Positions 27,051 through 32,000 of a stretch of DNA of 32,000 bases are shown here, piece by piece. Position 1 is the first letter of the stretch. Each line of letters opens with the position of its first letter. The notes beneath the pieces are model-generated. The model was not told the DNA's origin and did not search any database. It was given only the letters and a program-made list of their open reading frames with translations. Source of the DNA: Vibrio vulnificus CMCP6 (lineage in GTDB: Bacteria; Pseudomonadota; Gammaproteobacteria; Enterobacterales; Vibrionaceae); NCBI RefSeq assembly GCF_000039765.1, contig NC_004460.2:570001-602000 (forward strand), in the 5' to 3' direction. A program made the position numbers and the translations under genes.

Positions 27051-28286
27051 ATGGGCTGTTGTGATGCACCTGGCTTAATGCCAATTGAAGATGCGATGGA
27101 AAAAATGCTTTCCCGCATTAAACCGATTCAAACAACGTTAAAACTACCGCTTGCTGAAGCGCTTGGTTATGTCTTAGCTGAAGATATTCTTTCCCCTATT
27201 AACGTGCCTCCTTTTGATAACTCTGCAATGGATGGATACGCGATTCGCATTGCCGATTTAGAGCACAACCAACCACTACCGCTTGCGGGCAAGTCATTTG
27301 CAGGCCAGCCTTTTGACGGGGAATGGCCGCAAAATAGCTGCATTCGCATCATGACAGGCGCAAAAATCCCGGCAGGCTGTGACGCCGTCATCATGCAGGA
27401 AAACACCGAAGTAAGCGACGAAGGTATTGTCATCCAACAGTGCCAGATTAAGCCGAACGAAAACATTCGACCAACAGGCGACGATATCCAAGCGGGTGAC
27501 TTAGTCTTGGCCCAAGGGGCTCGCCTCACGCCTCGTGATATTCCAATGATTGCTTCTTTAGGCATCAGCCACGTCACAGTGGTCAGAAAACCACGTGTTG
27601 CTTTCTTTTCTACTGGTGACGAGCTCAAATCGCTCGGTGAACCACTATTGGAAGGTCAGATCTACGATAGCAACCGCTACGGCATTAAGCCGCTAATTGA
27701 AAACTTTGGCTGCGAAGCCATCGACCTCGGCATCATTCCTGATTGCCCTGAAACATTGAAAGCCACCTTCGAAAAAGCCCAATCACTAGCGGATGTGGTA
27801 GTGACTTCTGGTGGCGTAAGCGTGGGCGAAGCCGACTACACCAAAGACATTTTGGAACAGCTAGGCGAAATCGGTTTTTGGAAACTTGCGATCAAGCCGG
27901 GTAAACCCTTTGCTTTTGGCAAACTCAGCACCGCGTGGTTCTGCGGTCTGCCAGGTAACCCCGTTTCAGCCGTTTTAACTATGTATGTTTTGGTTCAGCC
28001 GATGCTGGCCAAATTGGCGGGCCATTCGCAATGGAAAGCTCCGGAGTCTATCCCTGCCACAACACGTACGGCATTTAAAAAGGCACCCGGCCGTACCGAC
28101 TACCAACGCGGTATTTACACCATTGAAAATGGTCAGTTCTTTGTCGAAACGACAGGAAATCAAAGCTCCGGCGCGTTTCGTTCAATGAGCTTGGCAAATT
28201 GTTTTGTGGTTTTAGAGCGAGAGCGTGGACGTGTTGAAGTCGGTGAAACCGTCAATATCGAATTGTTTAACTCAACCCTGTTTTAG
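27051..28286 (+). CDS. moeA: Molybdopterin molybdotransferase MoeA
   Basis: From the ATG at 27051: [23 protein letters not shown]...[10 protein letters not shown]...[12 protein letters not shown]...IRIMTGA...[40 protein letters not shown]...GLPGNPVSA is collinear with E. coli MoeA. The 5' part of ORF 26682..28286 is an antisense extension over folE. Confidence 0.95.
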   Translation: MGCCDAPGLMPIEDAMEKMLSRIKPIQTTLKLPLAEALGYVLAEDILSPINVPPFDNSAMDGYAIRIADLEHNQPLPLAGKSFAGQPFDGEWPQNSCIRIMTGAKIPAGCDAVIMQENTEVSDEGIVIQQCQIKPNENIRPTGDDIQAGDLVLAQGARLTPRDIPMIASLGISHVTVVRKPRVAFFSTGDELKSLGEPLLEGQIYDSNRYGIKPLIENFGCEAIDLGIIPDCPETLKATFEKAQSLADVVVTSGGVSVGEADYTKDILEQLGEIGFWKLAIKPGKPFAFGKLSTAWFCGLPGNPVSAVLTMYVLVQPMLAKLAGHSQWKAPESIPATTRTAFKKAPGRTDYQRGIYTIENGQFFVETTGNQSSGAFRSMSLANCFVVLERERGRVEVGETVNIELFNSTLF

Positions 28287-28295
28287 GAGCTGAAG

Positions 28296-29072
28296 GTGGA
28301 GATTCTTTCCGATAAGGAAATGCTGCGCTATAACCGCCAAATCATCCTACGTCAGTTTGATTTTGAAGGCCAAGAAGCTCTCAAACAAAGTTCCATCTTA
28401 ATTTTGGGTGCTGGTGGTCTTGGCTGCGCTGCGAGTCAATATCTGGCGACAGCGGGTGTCGGCAAGCTGACATTGATTGACGACGATATTGTTGAGTTGT
28501 CGAATTTGCAGCGCCAAGTCTTGCATCACGATGCTGATATTGGGCGTAAAAAAGTCGAGTCCGCCGCTCAGTCGCTACGAGAGCTGAATCCTCACATTGA
28601 AGTGGTAACGGTGGCGCAGCGTCTTAGCGACTCTGAGCTTGAAACTTTGATTAAAAACCACAGCTTAGTGTTGGATGCCAGTGACAACGTGGAGACACGC
28701 AATCAATTGAATCGCCTCTGCTTTGCGACCAAAACGCCATTGGTATCCGGCGCTGCGATTCGCATGGAAGGTCAGGTGAGTGTTTTTACCTATCAAAACG
28801 CTAACGAGCCTTGCTATCAATGTCTTAGCGCACTGTTTGGCTCAAATGCGCTGAGTTGTGTCGAAGCGGGGGTCATGGCACCTGTCGTTGGCATCATAGG
28901 CGCCGTACAAGCCATGGAAGCGATTAAAGTGTTGGCTCACTTTGGTACCCCCAAAAGCGGTAAAATTTTGATCCTTGACGCCATGACGATGTCTTGGCGA
29001 GAAATGAATCTCATGAAACTGCCCGCTTGCCCAGTGTGCAACGATGATTCACAACGCACCAGCCAGACTTGA
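28296..29072 (+). CDS. moeB: Molybdopterin-synthase adenylyltransferase MoeB
   Basis: LSDKEMLRYNRQIILRQFDFEGQEALK...GAGGLGCAASQYLATAGVG...LSNLQRQ... plus the CxxC pairs (CYQC, CPVC) are collinear with E. coli MoeB. GTG start 9 nt after moeA. Confidence 0.95.
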   Translation: MEILSDKEMLRYNRQIILRQFDFEGQEALKQSSILILGAGGLGCAASQYLATAGVGKLTLIDDDIVELSNLQRQVLHHDADIGRKKVESAAQSLRELNPHIEVVTVAQRLSDSELETLIKNHSLVLDASDNVETRNQLNRLCFATKTPLVSGAAIRMEGQVSVFTYQNANEPCYQCLSALFGSNALSCVEAGVMAPVVGIIGAVQAMEAIKVLAHFGTPKSGKILILDAMTMSWREMNLMKLPACPVCNDDSQRTSQT

Positions 29073-29079
29073 TTGAAAG

Positions 29080-29109
29080 GCCCTCTTCTATTGTCGAGGG
29101 CTTTTTTTT
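29080..29109 (+). terminator. Rho-independent terminator after moeB
   Basis: gccctc (29080-29085) pairs with gagggc (29096-29101), followed by TTTTTTTT. Confidence 0.8.
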
Positions 29110-29218
29110 AACGCTCCACTTGTGCCGTGGTTGCGATGGAAGGAAATGGTTACAACGGAAGGAAATTGTTTTATCTTGGCCCTAAACGCTAATAACCAAT
29201 TGTTTTGACGAGCATTCG

Positions 29219-29530
29219 ATGAGACCACTCATAAAAGGATTTGGATTACTGTTGTCAGGCATCGTTTTGCTTCTGTTGCTGCAACACCTGCTCAGAGATA
29301 AGCCGGACAATGAGAGGCTTCACGCAATACTGCTTAGCAATACGTTAACTCAATCTTTAGATGGGCATCGACGTTATTTAACGGTCAAGCTCCCCGATTC
29401 CAGCGTGCTGAGATTGACGGTCAAACCCGACAATAATTGTCAGCCACCTGCGCAAGTGCTTTTAGCCAAAGGAACAAATGCGCTCACCGAGCAACCTAGC
29501 TATCACTTTATCGAATGCCAGAAACCATAA
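29219..29530 (+). CDS. Small hypothetical protein with an N-terminal membrane anchor or signal (103 aa)
   Basis: MRPLIKGFGLLLSGIVLLLLLQHLL is followed by a soluble domain containing two Cys. It ends 12 nt before the rhodanese gene. I recognise no family. Confidence 0.5.
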   Translation: MRPLIKGFGLLLSGIVLLLLLQHLLRDKPDNERLHAILLSNTLTQSLDGHRRYLTVKLPDSSVLRLTVKPDNNCQPPAQVLLAKGTNALTEQPSYHFIECQKP

Positions 29531-29542
29531 GGAAATCACTCT

Positions 29543-30373
29543 ATGTCCCCGCTTATTTCTGCCAGTGAACTGAATGAGATTAAACATCAAAAAAATTTGG
29601 TCATTTTAGATGCCAGCATGGAGTTCACGATCCCCAATGCTGAACCTAAGATTTTCGGCAAGGTCATCCCTGGTGCTCGTCGATTCGATTACGACCACGA
29701 GTTCTGCGATCTTTCCAGTACTTTGCCTCATATGATGCCCGATCAAGCAACCTTCAATGCTAAAGCACAACAGATCGGTCTAAACAATGATAGCCATATC
29801 GTGGTCTACGATAACGCGGGAACTTACGCCTCGCCAAGAGCTTGGTGGATGCTAAAAGCGATGGGACATCATAACGTTCAAGTGCTCAATGGTGGCCTGA
29901 AAGCGTGGATTGACGCAGGCTTTGAAACCCAAGACAACTTTGAAGCAGTATCACAGATTGGTACATTCAATGGACAAATCGATCCAGATTATTTCTTAAA
30001 TGCCGATATTGTTCTGAAGCACAGTAATTTGCGCTCCGCCTCAATTGTCGATGCACGATCTATGGAACGGTTTTTAGCTCAGGTCCCAGAGCCCAGAGAA
30101 GGTATACGCAGTGGCCACATTCCGGGTTCCCTGTGTTTGCCGTTTTCACAACTGATGGACAAAGGCCATATTAAACCTTTGTCTGGTTTGCAAGAGGCTT
30201 TCGAGTCGCTACCATTAGACCAGAGTAAACCGATCATTTTCAGTTGTGGCTCGGGGGTCACTGCATGCATTTTGTTATTAGGCGCATACCTAATCGGTTA
30301 CAAAAATTTGTCTGTCTACGACGGTTCATGGACGGAATGGGGAGCCAACCCTCAATTACCTATTGAACCTTAA
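29543..30373 (+). CDS. sseA: Two-domain rhodanese: 3-mercaptopyruvate/thiosulfate sulfurtransferase
   Basis: GHIPGA..., PRAWWMLKAMG and the active-site loop FSCGSGVTA, plus the C-terminal YDGSWTEWG, are collinear with E. coli SseA. Confidence 0.88.
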   Translation: MSPLISASELNEIKHQKNLVILDASMEFTIPNAEPKIFGKVIPGARRFDYDHEFCDLSSTLPHMMPDQATFNAKAQQIGLNNDSHIVVYDNAGTYASPRAWWMLKAMGHHNVQVLNGGLKAWIDAGFETQDNFEAVSQIGTFNGQIDPDYFLNADIVLKHSNLRSASIVDARSMERFLAQVPEPREGIRSGHIPGSLCLPFSQLMDKGHIKPLSGLQEAFESLPLDQSKPIIFSCGSGVTACILLLGAYLIGYKNLSVYDGSWTEWGANPQLPIEP

Positions 30374-30402
30374 CGAAGACAGCGTCAAACAGAAGGCAAA
30401 GA

Positions 30403-32000
30403 ATGGCTGGAATGAAGAAAAATATTTGGCTGCTATATTGGGTCCTCGTGGTGGTTACCATGGGGCTTTTTATCCTTTTTGGCCATAATTTCTATCATTC
30501 CAACCTACAGAAATACCAAGATAAGCAACTGCTGCAACTTGAACTTTTTGCGGCTTCCGTCGACTCACTGTTCAAAAGCCAAGAGTCCCTACTCGAAGTG
30601 GTTGGGCATCAATTAGTCGAGCAAAGCGATTTCACTCGGACGGCAGCCATGCAGATACGGCCGCTACTCGATAACTTGATGCGTATTCATCCTATTATTG
30701 CTGGTTTTGGCCTTGCTAATCCTAATGGTGACTTTATCGCGGTCAGCAGCAATGTCGATTTAGCGCGAGCAGAAAACTTAATCGCCAACCCCGCGACAAA
30801 AATCGGTTTCATCGAAGCGCTCAATTCCAATCGTATGGTATTGGGGCATACCTACTATTTTGATGCCATCGATTCCTTGGTGATTCCCATTCGCAAATCC
30901 ATTCGCAATCAGCGCGGTGAAGTGGAAGCCGTCATGACCGCGGGACTAAAAGTCGAGTCGACACTGGTTTTTCGCAACAATATTCATGCGAACCCCTACA
31001 ATATTGTGAGCCTGATACGAGAAGACTTGTACCGCACTTTTGTTTCTGCCGACGCCTCCCTCGTCAATCGTTACGATGCACCCATTGACGATCATCGTTA
31101 CAAAGAGGTCATCGCCGCGGCGGCTTCTCAGTTATCGCTTTCCGAACCGGAACTCAAAGCTTCTCAAAAAGCCGTCACAGTGACGACAAATGGCCCCCAA
31201 GTCTCCTATCTAATGACAGTGAAATACCTGTCGGATTATAAAGTTTGGGCCGTTTCTGCTACTGAAATGCATTTTATTCGTCAACAGTTTTACAGCCAAC
31301 TCGGCTTCTACCTGCTGATCTTCACTATCTTACAGCTCGCGTTTTACGGCTTAGTGCGCTCGATCGCCAACAACGAACAACAAACCATTGAACGCTTAAA
31401 CAAACAAGCGACACACGACACCTTAACTGGCCTGCCAAACAGACTCTATTTGCGCAATAACGTAAACAGTTGGCTCAAAAATAAAACGTCGCCTTTTTCA
31501 CTGCTGTTCATTGATATGGATAACTTTAAAAGTGTCAACGACACTCATGGTCACGATTTTGGTGACCAAGTTCTAAAACAAATCACGCAACGATTAGGTT
31601 CATTCAACAACGACCAACGCTTGTTGGTGCGTGAAGCCAGCGATGAATTCATTTTATTGGTAAAAGAGAGCGATCCTGCGTTACTTAAGTCATTAGCGAC
31701 TACCATGATCGCTAAAATGGCCGAGCCTTATGTGATTAACGACGTTCAGTTCCTATTAAGCTGTAGCGTAGGCATCGCCGTTTATCCCACTCACGGCAAT
31801 GACCTCGACGCGTTACTTCGCGCCGCCGATATCTCGATGTATCGTGCCAAACAAGAGCGTAACTCGTTCAATATTTTCACCACTGAAATGCAAGAGCAGC
31901 ATTTATACAAAACGAAAGTTGAACAACGTTTAAGATTTGCGATTGAACAACAAAAGCTCTTTATGGTTTACCAACCTCAGGTTGATATGGATGGCAAGCT
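30403..32000 (+). CDS. Membrane signalling protein: periplasmic Cache-like sensor, degenerate GGDEF, EAL. The C-terminus lies outside the window.
   Basis: Absent from the ORF track because it runs off the right edge. My translation from the ATG at 30403 reads MAGMKKNIWLLYWVLVVVTMGLFILF..., then a periplasmic region of about 260 aa, TM2 (LGFYLLIFTILQLAFYGLV) and THDTLTGLPNRLY...FIDMDNFKSVND. The EASDEF site (31633-31650) stands where GGDEF is expected. It ends with the EAL-domain beginning LFMVYQPQVDM. Confidence 0.85.
   Translation, partial: MAGMKKNIWLLYWVLVVVTMGLFILFGHNFYHSNLQKYQDKQLLQLELFAASVDSLFKSQESLLEVVGHQLVEQSDFTRTAAMQIRPLLDNLMRIHPIIAGFGLANPNGDFIAVSSNVDLARAENLIANPATKIGFIEALNSNRMVLGHTYYFDAIDSLVIPIRKSIRNQRGEVEAVMTAGLKVESTLVFRNNIHANPYNIVSLIREDLYRTFVSADASLVNRYDAPIDDHRYKEVIAAAASQLSLSEPELKASQKAVTVTTNGPQVSYLMTVKYLSDYKVWAVSATEMHFIRQQFYSQLGFYLLIFTILQLAFYGLVRSIANNEQQTIERLNKQATHDTLTGLPNRLYLRNNVNSWLKNKTSPFSLLFIDMDNFKSVNDTHGHDFGDQVLKQITQRLGSFNNDQRLLVREASDEFILLVKESDPALLKSLATTMIAKMAEPYVINDVQFLLSCSVGIAVYPTHGNDLDALLRAADISMYRAKQERNSFNIFTTEMQEQHLYKTKVEQRLRFAIEQQKLFMVYQPQVDMDGK

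Noticed and set aside
29118-29136. A sigma54-like sequence near gtgccgtggttgcga
   Set aside because: It lacks the TGGCAC -24 element and the correct GG/GC spacing.
1-32000. A search by eye for tRNA/rRNA genes, CRISPR arrays, IS elements, integrases and integron-type (VCR-like) repeats
   Set aside because: None was found. The only exact repeat longer than about 14 bp that I noticed is the 33-bp tandem duplication at 23581-23646. Eye scanning cannot exclude small or degenerate elements, so tRNAscan-SE, Infernal and ISfinder searches would be decisive.

Overview
The window looks like a gammaproteobacterial, Vibrionaceae-like chromosomal segment; that assignment rests on my recognition of the encoded proteins and has not been searched. 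It is densely coding and mostly housekeeping.

Gene content from left to right:
- a truncated periplasmic-binding-domain sensor
- a ThrE-family exporter
- arfA, cspA, yaeQ and an unknown gene translationally coupled to yaeQ
- an envelope-folding cluster: Grx-like protein, OmpA-family lipoprotein, lipidated DsbA-like protein, FKBP isomerase
- a HAD phosphatase
- a frameshifted methyl-accepting chemotaxis gene
- an MFP plus RND efflux operon
- dCMP deaminase and pepT
- a lipoprotein, a YdhF-like aldo/keto reductase and a cI-type HTH regulator
- a low-GC two-gene insert: a secreted protein and a 723-aa vWA lipoprotein
- clcA, a TehA/SLAC1-family channel and an Nramp-like transporter
- folE, moeA, moeB, a small membrane protein, an sseA-like rhodanese
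- the start of a Cache-GGDEF(degenerate)-EAL protein

I saw no rRNA, tRNA, CRISPR array, transposase or integrase.

The best candidate for something undescribed is the compositionally atypical divergent pair at about 18.7-21.7 kb. Other items worth a second look:
- the arfA non-stop hairpin
- the yaeQ-coupled unknown gene
- an SD-sequestering hairpin at the Grx-like gene
- a perfect 33-bp tandem repeat with helically phased TTAAGT hexamers upstream of the TehA-like gene
- a 14-bp perfect palindrome in the leader of the Nramp-like gene

All calls come from reading the sequence and from remembered family signatures. No database search was run.
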